DNA of 63,982 nt, the filler included, from Octopus bimaculoides (Eukaryota), in assembly GCF_001194135.2 (NCBI RefSeq). It is 6 parts of 6 records of this genome, joined end to end, with 100 filler letters (N's around TTAATTAATTAA, not from the genome) between each part and the next. Parts side by side here need not be neighbours in the genome. Positions count along the whole stretch, not along the records: positions 39,971 to 56,755 come from NC_069005.1; positions 56,856 to 59,169 come from NW_026341311.1; positions 59,270 to 62,620 come from NC_068984.1; positions 62,721 to 63,982 come from NW_026413290.1; 2 more parts are not named here. One strand, given 5' to 3'. This document shows, in pieces, positions 52,377 to 63,741 of this stretch. The stretch's first letter is position 1; each line of letters starts with the position of its first letter. Under the pieces are notes generated by a model. It was given only the letters and a program-made list of their open reading frames with translations, had not been told where the DNA came from and searched no databases. A program made the translations under genes and the position numbers.

Positions 52377-53015
52377 CTATTTTGAAGGAGAATAGAATTT
52401 TATACTTCTTTGAAAATAAGAAAGGTTTCTCCTGAAAATGTCTGAAACTTCTGGAATGCACCTTGCATTTCTATATACAGGTGTAAACATATACTATGTG
52501 TGTGTGTGTGTATGTGTGTATAAATGAGTAACGAAGATGTACAGGTGTTAATTCATTACAACCGTTTCAAGCGACTCTTTTAATTGGTTAATGAAAACAT
52601 TGCATCATTTGGAAGAAAAGGCTCTTGTCAGATGACCGCATAGACTTCAAACGTAAAGGATATAATCATTTCCTTAACATGTTCACATGAATAATGGAAC
52701 GCAAAATATTCTTTTGTCGCAGACACAACAAAAGAAACAATGTAAGTATTTTGAGTTCCCTTATTGGTGTGAATATGTTTTAAAAAAATGGTTATATCTT
52801 TTATGTTTGAAGTCTAAGAAGTCATCTGCTGAGAACCTTTTTTTTCAAATGATTTGATGTTTTCATTAATCAATTAAAGGAGCTGCTTGAAATGGCCATA
52901 ATGAATTGACATCCGCATATCTTCGTTATTGATTTCTATTCTATTCACCTAACTTGGAATCTGCATTTTGGAAATACTACAGAAAGTACCTTTGTAAAAA
53001 GTATGTCTGAATTAC

Positions 53016-53089
53016 CATGAGCAAGATATCTTCACTAAGATGGTTTGCGTTGTCTGCACACATGGCAGGAATATCAGGTACAAACACCC
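53016..53089 (-). CDS. Candidate exon (R)VFVPDIPAMCADNANHLSEDILLM
   Basis: Acceptor ctctgtacag|GG and donor ATG|GTAATT, phase 1-0; protein-like composition. Confidence 0.5.
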
Positions 53090-53171
53090 CTGTACAGAGT
53101 CTTCATTTCTCAATCTAAGTAGCTAATTCAACGGAATCTTAATTATATATATATATGCATACATACATATA

Positions 53172-53415
53172 CAGGATGCGATGGGTAAACTGTCGCCATT
53201 TTATATATTTAATTTCGCGCATGTGCATTGTTTGTTCATGATTTTGTTGACTACACAGTATAGGAGGGTCAGTTGGGCACCGTCTGTGAGAAAAACATCA
53301 CCATGTTGAAATTCACTTTGCCAGAAATTTGGATACGACATGCTGTACTGCTTGGCATTTGCACCAAAAGCTCCAATACGAACATTTCAGAGTGTTTGGG
53401 TGTCAATCTAAAGAC
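53172..53415 (+). mobile_element. Tc1/mariner-type 5' end fragment
   Basis: TA|CAGGATGCGATGGGTAAACTGTCGCC start, then MLKFTLPEIWIRHAVLLGIC...NISECLGVNLKT resembling an N-terminal HTH. Confidence 0.5.
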
Positions 53416-53465
53416 ATGTACCATGTGGTTGGGAAGCAAGCTTCTTACCACATAGCCACTCCTGC

Positions 53466-53523
<58 letters not shown>

Positions 53524-54062
53524 TATACATATAAAAACATAATATACATATTGCATATATACAAACATATACAACATAAAATATACAAAATGAATAAACA
53601 CACATAAACACACACTTACAAACAAGCATGTGCAAACATATACATCCACATTATATGAAAGCCTGGCTAAAAATAAAAACAAAAACGAATGTTACAAAAA
53701 AAAAAAAGTCAAAGCAAAATAAAAGCATACTCTATATACAAATATACCTGAAAGAAACGCACACAAATAATTATGGACTAGAAATGAATAAGGTTTTCAA
53801 TATAAATGATATAATAAAATTAGGAACAGAAATCTAGAATAGTGAAAAAAAACAAAAGGCCCTTTCCATGTGACTCAAACCTCATATCTATTGCACTCTG
53901 GGAAACCACAGAAATGATTACAGCAAAGCTGGTGGTTAAGTGGCATCGAAATTATCTATGATCATCATGTGATTTGCATTGAGGCAACAACTGTTAGTTT
54001 GTACCAGTAGAATGCTTATAAGCTCAAAAAACAGACATGGCAGTTGCTCTTTGCTGTCACAC

Positions 54063-54128
54063 GAAGTGCATTATGAGATGCAAGTCCCATGGAAAGGCCT
54101 GTTTTCTTTTTCGGTCCTGGACTAGAAC
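54063..54128 (-). CDS. Candidate exon SSPGPKKKTGLSMGLASHNAL(R)
   Basis: Acceptor gacatttacag|GT and weak donor C|GTGTGA, phase 1-1; C+GG gives Arg with exon 53089. Confidence 0.4.
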
Positions 54129-54439
54129 CTGTAAATGTCTTATATCACACACAACACCACACATGCATATATATATATGTTTGTGTGTGAAGGTTTGTGG
54201 TTAGGATGTTGGACTCATGATCTTAAGGTTGTGGTTTCAATTCCTGGACTGGGCAATGTGTTGTGTTCTAGAGCGAAATACTTCATTTCAGGTTGTTCCA
54301 GTCCATCCAGCTGGCAAAAGTGATTAATTCCTGCAATAGACCAGTGTCCCATCGGAGGGGACAACATATGCTCCATGGAACCTGGGAAACCAGCCCTTTC
54401 AGTCTACTTGACTCAGGAAGGATCTTTATTTTATATATA

Positions 54440-54472
<33 letters not shown>

Positions 54473-54570
54473 ATATATACACACACATACATACAAACAT
54501 TTACATACAGAGAATATCTGTGAGAGATGTATGTATACACAAGTGTATACCTACATATATAGATACGCAC

Positions 54571-54645
<75 letters not shown>

Positions 54646-55648
54646 NNNNNNNNNNNNNNNNNNNNNNNNNNNNNNNNNNNNNNNNNNNNNNNNNNNNNNN
54701 NNNNNNNNNNNNNNNNNNNNNNNNNNNNNNNNNNNNNNNNNNNNNNNNNNNNNNNNNNNNNNNNNNNNNNNNNNNNNNNNNNNNNNNNNNNNNNNNNNNN
54801 NNNNNNNNNNNNNNNNNNNNNNNNNNNNNNNNNNNNNNNNNNNNNNNNNNNNNNNNNNNNNNNNNNNNNNNNNNNNNNNNNNNNNNNNNNNNNNNNNNNN
54901 NNNNNNNNNNNNNNNNNNNNNNNNNNNNNNNNNNNNNNNNNNNNNNNNNNNNNNNNNNNNNNNNNNNNNNNNNNNNNNNNNNNNNNNNNNNNNNNNNNNN
55001 NNNNNNNNNNNNNNNNNNNNNNNNNNNNNNNNNNNNNNNNNNNNNNNNNNNNNNNNNNNNNNNNNNNNNNNNNNNNNNNNNNNNNNNNNNNNNNNNNNNN
55101 NNNNNNNNNNNNNNNNNCAACCAAGTTATGGGAACGGAATAGCTTTATAGGAAACATTTCTTTTTATTTTATTTTCACTTATTATTAATATTATTATTAT
55201 TAATAGTGGCTGTGTGGTAAGTAGCTTGCTTGCCAACCACATGGTTGTGGGTTCAGTCTCACTGCGTGGCACTTTGGGCAAGTATCTTCTACTATAGCCT
55301 TGGGCCGACCAAAGCCTTGTGAGTAGATTTGGTAGACGGAAACTGAAAGAAGCCCGTCGTATATATGTATATATATGTATGTGCAGTTTGGCAAAAGAGA
55401 CCGGCAGAATAAGTACCAAACTTTAAAAATGGGGAAAAAAAAGCCACTAGGGTCAGTTGATTCAACTGGCTAAAATCCCTTCAAGGCAATGCTCCAGCAT
55501 GGCTACAATCCAATGACCGAAACAAGTAAAAAGAAAAAAGAAATAAGAAAAAGAAATATATATATATATATATAAAAATATATAAATACCCTGATATTAG
55601 TACTATGATGATGACAATGATGATGGTGATTATCAAGTCGCTGTGTAC

Positions 55649-55727
55649 ATATTTGTAAGGGCTCTTTAAGTTGTTAAGAAACTCCACTGCTTCCATGCAA
55701 AGACTGTTGCAGTCTCTCTCAGTAACC
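55649..55727 (-). CDS. Weak candidate exon VTERDCNSLCMEAVEFLNNLKSPYKY
   Basis: Acceptor ccctgtacttag|G and protein-like frame. Donor GTACAC is weak and its phase does not join exon 54128 directly; an intervening exon could lie in the gap 54646-55117. Confidence 0.2.
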
Positions 55728-56179
55728 CTAAGTACAGGGCAGTGACAACAAGAACAAGAACAACAACACTACTGCTGTTGCTGCTAGTAGTAATAGTAGT
55801 AGGAGGAGGAGGAGGAGGAAAATGGTTGTTCTTTAATTATGATGGGAATGTCAGTTATGTGTTTGTATGTATATGCATGTGTGTGTGTGTTTGTGTGCAT
55901 GTCTGTATGAGGAGGGGGGAGTCGTGTGTGCATGTGTGTATGAGGAGGGGTGAGTCGTGTGTGAGTGTGTGTGTGTGTGAGGGGGGTAGTTTTGTAGGTT
56001 TAATGAGGTGAGGCGAGGTAAGAGGAGAGAGAGAGAGATAGACAGACAAACAGACAGAGAGAGAGAGCGGTTGTCTGAAGGTAGTTGGAGTGAGTGTGGT
56101 GGTGGTGGTGGTGGAAGGATTCCTGTGTAGCTAGGTAACTGAAGTGTTTGGTGTGAGAAGTGTAGTCAGGTTTACAGTA

Positions 56180-56560
56180 AGAGGGGATAAATGGGGAAAG
56201 AAGAGAGAGAGAGAGAGAAGAAAGGGGAGAGAAAGAGAAAGAGATAAGACAGAAAAAAAGAGAGAGAGAGGGAGAAAAAGAAACAGAGATAGGAGAGAGA
56301 GAGAGAGCAGAGAGAGAAAAGGGAGAGAACGAGATGTATAGGACAGAAAGAAAAAGGGTAGAAAGGAGGGAGGGAAGAGGGAGGGAGGTGAGGAGAAGAA
56401 AGAGGAGAGAGAGGGAAGGAAGAGAGGGAGAGAGAGAGAGGAAGAGGGATAAAGAAAAAAGAAAAGGGCAGATATAAAAGAAAGGGAGAGAGAGAGACAA
56501 GACAGAGAAACACAGAGATATGAAATAAAGATGAGAGAGAGAGAGAGAGAGAGAGAGACC
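56180..56560. repeat. Polypurine (GA-rich) tract
   Basis: About 380 nt, almost purely A/G on the + strand. Confidence 0.9.
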
Positions 56561-56706
56561 AATACAGTAGTGTTCTGGCTTGTAGTGTAATTGAAAATAG
56601 ACATGCAATGATTTTTTATTGAAGTAACAAGGATCTATGTTGTCCTCCTGCAGAGACGGTGGGACTACTGGTAATAATAGTGGTGGCGTTGGGGGATCTG
56701 ATTGCT

Positions 56707-56755
<49 letters not shown>

Positions 56756-57583
56756 NNNNNNNNNNNNNNNNNNNNNNNNNNNNNNNNNNNNNNNNNNNNT
56801 TAATTAATTAANNNNNNNNNNNNNNNNNNNNNNNNNNNNNNNNNNNNNNNNNNNNATAGCATTACTTTTACAGAAACACACACGCAAACACATATATGGA
56901 TTGTGTGAAATAAAATAAAACTGCCCAACCCTTGCCTGCATGGAAAAGTAAATGTTAAAACCATGATGACAATGATGATGATATATAAGCTTTGATGTAA
57001 GAAATTGGACAAATATAATGCCTCAACAATTAGCTTTTGATAGAATGTACTGCCCAAAACGTTAGACTTGCTGTCTTCTTCCACAGGAAAGCATTATATC
57101 CCAGTCTCAAACTGTTTATACAAATGAAGTGTTGTGACATAAATCTATTTGAATACATCATTTGTAATCTGGTTGAAAAATAGGTGAACACATAATATAG
57201 ACGTTCAGAAAACTCGGTAGAATTATATTCTTTTATGCTTTTATACAATTCAGCTCTAATACTGTTGCCATGCTGGAGCACCAAAAATATAAAAGGAAAG
57301 AAAAGAAAAGAAAAGACCCATTACTAATATATTACGGAAACACTGACACTTAAAAAAAATTTTTTTTCTTTGCAAAATGTCTTGACTGATGACAAACAAA
57401 CTTATGAGATACTAAATAAACGTTAGATGACTAATGTAATTTAGAAACATATGTCAAAGGCTTTAGTATACCCTGTACACACCCTGGAAACAATGGACAT
57501 CAAATATAGACCATATAAACCAGTTCTCAACTTGGATCCATCATCATCATCATCATCACCATTATCATCATCACCATAGGTGC

Positions 57584-57971
57584 AGGAGTAGCTGTGTGGT
57601 AAGTAGCTTGCTTACCAACTACATGCTTCTGGGTTCAGTCCCATTGCGTGACACCTTGGCCAAGTGTCTTCTACTATAGCCTCGGGCTGACCAAAGCCTT
57701 GTGAGTGGATTTGGTAGACGGAACCTGAAAGAAGCCCGTCGTATATATATGTATATGTATGTATGTGTTTGTGTGTGTCTGTGTTTGTCACCCCAACATC
57801 GCTTGACAACCAATGCTGGTGTGTTTACACCCCCGTAACTTAGCGGTTCTGCAAAAGAGACCAATAGAATAAGTACTAGGCTTCCAAAGAATAAGTCTTG
57901 GGGTCGATTTGCTCGACTAACGGCGGTGCTCCAGCATGGCCACAGTCAAATGACTGAAACAAGTAAAAGAG
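57584..57971 (+). mobile_element. tRNA-headed SINE family A, full-length copy with central AT/GT microsatellite
   Basis: A-box-like AGCTGTGTGG, B-box-like GGTTCAGTCC, CORE-like ccttggccaagtgtctt, 3' tail gactgaaacaagtaaaagag. Other copies: 85-200(-), 5720-6109(+), 19152-19272(+), 27755-28095(-), 41825-42716(+, interrupted), 42873-43000(+), 44123-44255(-), 47615-47942(-), 55205-55530(+), 59040-59160(-), 60994-61268(+). Confidence 0.85.
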
Positions 57972-58679
57972 TATTATTTAACATCTGTTTTTTNNNNNNN
58001 NNNNNNNNNNNNNNNNNNNNNNNNNNNNNNNNNNNNNNNNNNNNNNNNNNNNNNNNNNNNNNNNNNNNNNNNNNNNNNNNNNNNNNNNNNNNNNNNNNNN
58101 NNNNNNNNNNNNNNNNNNNNNNNNNNNNNNNNNNNNNNNNNNNNNNNNNNNNNNNNNNNNNNNNNNNNNNNNNNNNNNNNNNNNNNNNNNNNNNNNNNNN
58201 NNNNNNNNNNNNNNNNNNNNNNNNNNNNNNNNNNNNNNNNNNNNNNNNNNNNNNNNNNNNNNNNNNNNNNNNNNNNNNNNNNNNNNNNNNNNNNNNNNNN
58301 NNNNNNNNNNNNNNNNNNNNNNNNNNNNNNNNNNNNNNNNNNNNNNNNNNNNNNNNNNNNNNNNNNNNNNNNNNNNNNNNNNNNNNNNNNNNNNNNNNNN
58401 NNNNNNNNNNNNNNNNNNNNNNNNNNNNNNNNNNNNNNNNNNNNNNNNNNNNNNNNNNNNNNNNNNNNNNNNNNNNNNNNNNNNNNNNNNNNNNNNNNNN
58501 NNNNNNNNNNNNNNNNNNNNNNNNNNNNNNNNNNNNNNNNNNNNNNNNNNNNNNNNNNNNNNNNNNNNNNNNNNNNNNNNNNNNNNNNNNNNNNNNNNNN
58601 AAATAAAATAGGAATTTTGAAAGAAGTATCTATAAAACTAAGTTTTTAAACATCAGATGGCTAAGGGGGGTGGGGGTCC

Positions 58680-58940
58680 CGAGATGAAAGTGGTCCACCA
58701 GAGCAAAATAGAAATGAAAGGGATTCACCAGAGTAAAAATAGAAATGAAAGGGGTCCACCAGAGTAAAATAGTAATGAAAGGGGTTCACCAGAGCAAAAT
58801 AGAGATGAAAGGGGTTCACCAGAGCAAAATAGAGATGAAAGGGGTTCACCAGAGCAAAACAGATGAAAGGGGTTCACCAGAGCGAAACAGAGATGAAAGG
58901 GGTCTACCAGAACAAAAAGGAATGAAAGGGGTCCATAGAT
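58680..58940. repeat. 30-bp minisatellite, about 8 copies
   Basis: Unit AGAGATGAAAGGGGTTCACCAGAGCAAAAT, with occasional 1-2 nt indels. Confidence 0.95.
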
Positions 58941-59279
58941 GAAAAAACCAATTGAGACCTACTGTTCTATATAGTCATGTGATAGAAGTATCTATAAAGC
59001 TAAGTTCTTAAACATCAAAGTCCCTAGGACTTATTCGTTGTAACCCTTGTACTTATTCTGTCATTCTATTTTGCTGAACCGCTATGTTATGGGAGGGCTA
59101 CAAGCACACCAACATTAGTCGTCAAGTGATGGAGAGGATACAAACACAGACACACACAAATATATATATNNNNNNNNNNNNNNNNNNNNNNNNNNNNNNN
59201 NNNNNNNNNNNNNTTAATTAATTAANNNNNNNNNNNNNNNNNNNNNNNNNNNNNNNNNNNNNNNNNNNNGGTTAGATTC

Positions 59280-59311
<32 letters not shown>

Positions 59312-59455
59312 TGAGGTTAAGAGAGGTAATGGTGTCAGTAATATCCAAAGGTGTCAGGTAATGCTGAGTAAGTGCTATGGATAGACCATAGTTAAGCTCC
59401 AGGTTCGGTGATTATGCGAATAAGGAGTCCAACGTAGGTCATATATCAGCATGTG

Positions 59456-59748
59456 TATATATAAAAAAAAAATCAGAATGAGATAAAAAAAACAAGGCTA
59501 TGAAAATTCTAGAACAGTTATAAATAGGTCTTACAGCTGGTTCCAGGATATTTATTATATCCCTTCATCGGAGACGGTATAAGAAAATGATTATCTAAAT
59601 TAACTGTTGCTTAACCATTTTCTCACACCGTCTCCGATGAAGGGATATAATAAATATCCTGGAAACAGCTGTAAGACATTCTATTTATAAATGTTCTAAA
59701 ATTTTCACAACCTTGGTTTTTTATCTCATTCTGAAAAAAAAATTATAT
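59456..59748. repeat. Foldback element: about 135-bp inverted arms, 20-nt spacer, hammerhead-like motif in each arm
   Basis: 59456-59592 is the near-exact reverse complement of 59613-59748. Confidence 0.9.
59630..59677 (+). ncRNA. Minimal type-I hammerhead-ribozyme-like motif (non-canonical core)
   Basis: GTCT-CCGATGA-A-GGGATAT(AATAA)ATATCCT-G-GAAAC(AGCT)GTA-AGAC: stem I GTCT/AGAC, 7-bp stem II, palindromic stem III ACAGCTGT, GUA triplet. U4 is replaced by C. Confidence 0.45.
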
Positions 59749-59863
59749 ATATATATAAATATATATTGTGTCTAGGGAGAATCATTGTTTTAATGCTTTA
59801 TTAATTAACACACAAACCATACATATAGACATACATACATACATACATACTTATATGTATTTC

Positions 59864-59905
<42 letters not shown>

Positions 59906-59915
59906 NNNNNNNNNN

Positions 59916-59949
<34 letters not shown>

Positions 59950-60717
59950 TGTCAAACACACTTTTTGTATGAGTGAGTGTTTCGTCTGTGTGAATGTGTA
60001 TGCGTGTGCATATGTGTGTCTGTGTGCACGCCTGCGTGTGTGTGCACGCCTGCGTGTGTGTGCGCGCGCATGCGTGTGTGTGTGCACGCCCGCGTGTGTG
60101 CGTGCGTGGCGCAGTAAAGGAAAAATCGGTTATGATACATTTGAAATATTCAAGTATTTATTAGAAATTGTGTTCTCTAGCAATATTTCTGCTTTATTCA
60201 TTCAATCTACTCGTTATCAGTTCTTAAAACTTGCCCTGTAGATTGATTTAAGCACAACATACTGCTAATGGTTAAAAATAAAACGAAGTGTCCTAAATAA
60301 TATCAGCAAGCTTTAGGTTTTTATTTTTACTTTTTAGAAACAACTGCTGTGGCAATAGCATAATTTTGCTCGTTATCAAAATTGGGTAGCGTTCTACTTC
60401 TTAAAATATTTGATTTACTGAGTCAAATAGAAACTAAAAATAAAGAGACGCCATGTGAGTTCCCTCCCTTACTCTAGACTCGAGTGTTTTTTTGCACGAC
60501 GCAATTCAGTACCTTCGCAGCAGATGATTTTAAAAGAAATTTCGGTAGATGATTGATTAACACACATAACCTCTGTACGAAGCAAAAAGTCCTGCCTTTG
60601 TTGTTGTGGTCGCTGCCCACTACACTACTTAGGTGTTGCTAAACATCAGTCAGTTGGCGACCTTTTAACCCTATACAAATTTCTGCTACGTAATATAATT
60701 TGTACATACTTTTACAG

Positions 60718-60757
<40 letters not shown>

Positions 60758-60887
60758 NNNNNNNNNNNNNNNNNNNNNNNNNNNNNNNNNNNNNNNNNNN
60801 NNNNNNNNNNNNNNNNNNNNNNNNNNNNNNNNNNNNNNNNNNNNNNNNNNNNNNNNNNNNNNNNCATATATATATATATATACATAC

Positions 60888-60930
<43 letters not shown>

Positions 60931-61157
60931 TATATACATACATGCATATAGGGATGCATGTATGGATGTATGTATATATGTATGTATGAGCGTAGGAGTG
61001 GCTGTGTGGTAGGTAGCTTGCTTACCAACCACATGGTTCCGGGTTCAGTCCCACTGCGTGGCACCTTGGGCAAGTGTCTTCTACTATAGCCTCGGGCCGA
61101 CCAAAGCCTTGTGAGTGGATTTGGTAGACGGAAACTGAAAGAAGCGCGTCGTATATA

Positions 61158-61203
<46 letters not shown>

Positions 61204-61269
61204 TGTGTTTGTCCCCCCAACATCGCTTGACAACCGATGCTGGTGTGCTTACATCCCCGTAACTTAGCA

Positions 61270-61862
61270 GAAAATACTTGTTGTGCGATATACCCGCTGG
61301 GCTGCGATGAGCTGACAGAATTAACGCACCAGAACTTTAGCTGACTTAGCGTCAGAACTCGCTGCTTCTCCGTACCTGACAACACTACGAACACCAGTCC
61401 TCTTCTTGAAGTTATCAAACCAGCCGCGATTGACCTTAAATGCGTCTACTGATGTCTCCTCCGTCGATGTTCCAGGGTTCTACTTCGGGAGATTTCTTAA
61501 TGCAGCGTTCGTGCTTTCTCGCAGATGATGGTCTCCGTAATTGTAATCCCCTGCGTGTTGCTTCTCGTTGATCTACAGGAGAAGCAATTTTTCCATCCTT
61601 TCGTGGACAGATGTGCGTTGCTTAGAGAGACTGGAGACACTCTTTGCTGCTGTAACGACTTTGATCTCGTCCTTTTTCCCTCAGGATGGCGGAGATCGTT
61701 GACGTGCGTCGGACGTATTGACGTGCGTCAGACGTATTGAGGTGCTTTGTCCACTACACACACTCCTCTCTGTTGTTTATCAATGATTTCCTTCTTCAAT
61801 TCTATCGTAATCAGCTTTTTCTCCTCCGCACTGTCCTTTGCACAAACATTCTTAGGACCCAT
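61270..61862 (-). mobile_element. Tigger/pogo (CENP-B-like, TIGD1-type) transposase 5' fragment, decayed
   Basis: MGPKNV...KKLITIELKKEII (HTH_psq), MEKLLL...TIICEKAR and FKVNRGWFDNFKKRTGVRSVVRYGEAASSD across frameshifts; internal 19-nt duplication at about 61701-61740. Confidence 0.88.
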
Positions 61863-62720
61863 GGCTAACACAACTAATTATTATAAAATAATTGCAAAAA
61901 ATGCACAAAACTAAACAAAAACACAACAGGGATGCTGCCACGAGATAAAAACACTGTATTTCACCGGTCGCTACGTTCTGAGTTCAAATTCCGCCGAGGT
62001 CAACTTTATCTTTCATCCTTTCTGGATCGATAAAATAATCGACTATCCCTCTCACCCAAATTTCAGGCCTTGTGCTTATAACAGAAATGATTATTGAGGC
62101 AACATGTTTGCAGAATCGCTAGCACGCCGGACAAAATTATTTGAAGCATCTTTTCTGGCTCTTTAGGCTCTGGGTTCAAATACTGCCGAGGTCGAATTTG
62201 ACTTTTATCTTTCCGAAGGATTATTATTATGATTATTAATCGCTTATTAATGTTAATAAAGGACGGAAAGCGGCGAACTGGCAGAAACGTTAGCATGCCG
62301 GACGAAATGCTTAGCGGTATTTCGTCTGTCTTTACGTTCAGAGTTCAAATTCAGCCAAGGTCGACTTTGCCTTTCATCCTTTCTGGTTCGATAAATTAAG
62401 TACCAGTCGCGTACTAGAGTCGATCTAATCGATTGGCCCCCTTTCCCAAAATTTCAGGCATTGTACCTAGATTAGAAAAGATTAATATAGGGCGAAATTC
62501 TGCTTTAAGCATGCCATATAATCCTTCATAATTTTTTTTATTTTTTGGAATTTTCAGAAAATTTTTAAAAATTTGTATTCTACATATGGAAATTCACACG
62601 ACCATAAAAGATTGTTTTTTNNNNNNNNNNNNNNNNNNNNNNNNNNNNNNNNNNNNNNNNNNNNTTAATTAATTAANNNNNNNNNNNNNNNNNNNNNNNN
62701 NNNNNNNNNNNNNNNNNNNN

Positions 62721-62766
<46 letters not shown>

Positions 62767-62987
62767 ATCTCGGACTTTATCTCCCCATTTAATAAACTTA
62801 TATTATACTCATTCCCCTCCTCCTCTTCCACGTCCTTCTTTTCTTCTACGTCCTTCTCCTCCTTTCGCTCCCACTCCCACTTTTGCCATTCACTCAAAAG
62901 TGGGACACTGGCAATTGCGCGTAAAATCAAGGACATTTTTCACCATCATAAACAATTACCTGTCTGTCTACCCGTCCGTCCGTCTGC

Positions 62988-63027
<40 letters not shown>

Positions 63028-63037
63028 NNNNNNNNNN

Positions 63038-63075
<38 letters not shown>

Positions 63076-63309
63076 GTCTGTCTTTCGCCACCCCCTTTCC
63101 CCCTATCTATCCCGATTACAAAACATGCTTTATCATCCCAACCTGGTCTGCGAAAACTAATTTAGGGCGGGTCACCATATTGCACACACTGACAACGTGG
63201 TCTGTTGTCGTGAGTCGAGAGAAATCAATACTCATTTGACTTGCTCTGCTAAAATTGAGCAAGACTTAGTGAAATCGTTGTCTTTCTATTGAAGAAACTT
63301 AATTCGAAA

Positions 63310-63741
63310 ATGTCAAACACAAAAAGGTACTCAGGATATTCCACCATTATGGAAACCTTCCACTGTCTCCTTACATAAAAGTCTATAAATGTGGTGACTT
63401 GGTCGATGTTTAGGGTGGGTGACAGATGTAGAGAGAAAAGTATGACTCCTAAATTATACCACGGTCGTATGGGACGTGTCCGCAACGTAACACACCTCAC
63501 TGTCAATGTGATCGTCAAAATACGAATGAAACATCGCACCATCGCAAAGAGAATCAATATGAGAATCGAACACATGAAACCATCCAAGTGTCAACAGGAT
63601 TTCCATCAGATAATTATTGAATGCAGTAAACTGAAAGTTGAAGCAAAAAACAAAGGAGTTCGCGTTTGTTTAAAGAGACAGCATACCGGTCCTGTGAAGA
63701 AGCATTTTGTGTCAATATCTAAAAATAAACTACGACAATAA
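63310..63741 (+). pseudogene. RPL21: 60S ribosomal protein L21 (eL21) processed pseudogene
   Basis: Intronless. MSNTK start, then in shifted frames LPLSPYIKVYKCGDLVDV*G and KLYHGRMGRVRNVT...AKRINMRIEHMKPSKC...LKRQ...HFV, all matching eL21 motifs. At least two frameshifts and an in-frame stop. Confidence 0.92.

Noticed and set aside
57087-57137. Plus-strand acceptor followed by ESIISQSQTVYTNEVL*
   Set aside because: Isolated acceptor with a 16-codon frame and no supporting upstream exon.
58680-58940. CRISPR-like appearance of regular repeats (also 17098-17495 and 21545-21646)
   Set aside because: Head-to-tail tandem units with no unique spacers, no cas genes, and a eukaryotic context.
61525-61740. 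71-aa plus-strand ORF
   Set aside because: Antisense shadow of the Tigger transposase remnant.
199-63160. Most ORFs in the supplied track (YIYI, HTHT, CVCV, SLSL, ERER, IYLS runs and long X runs)
   Set aside because: They are translations of di- and tetranucleotide microsatellites, or frames kept open only by N gaps.
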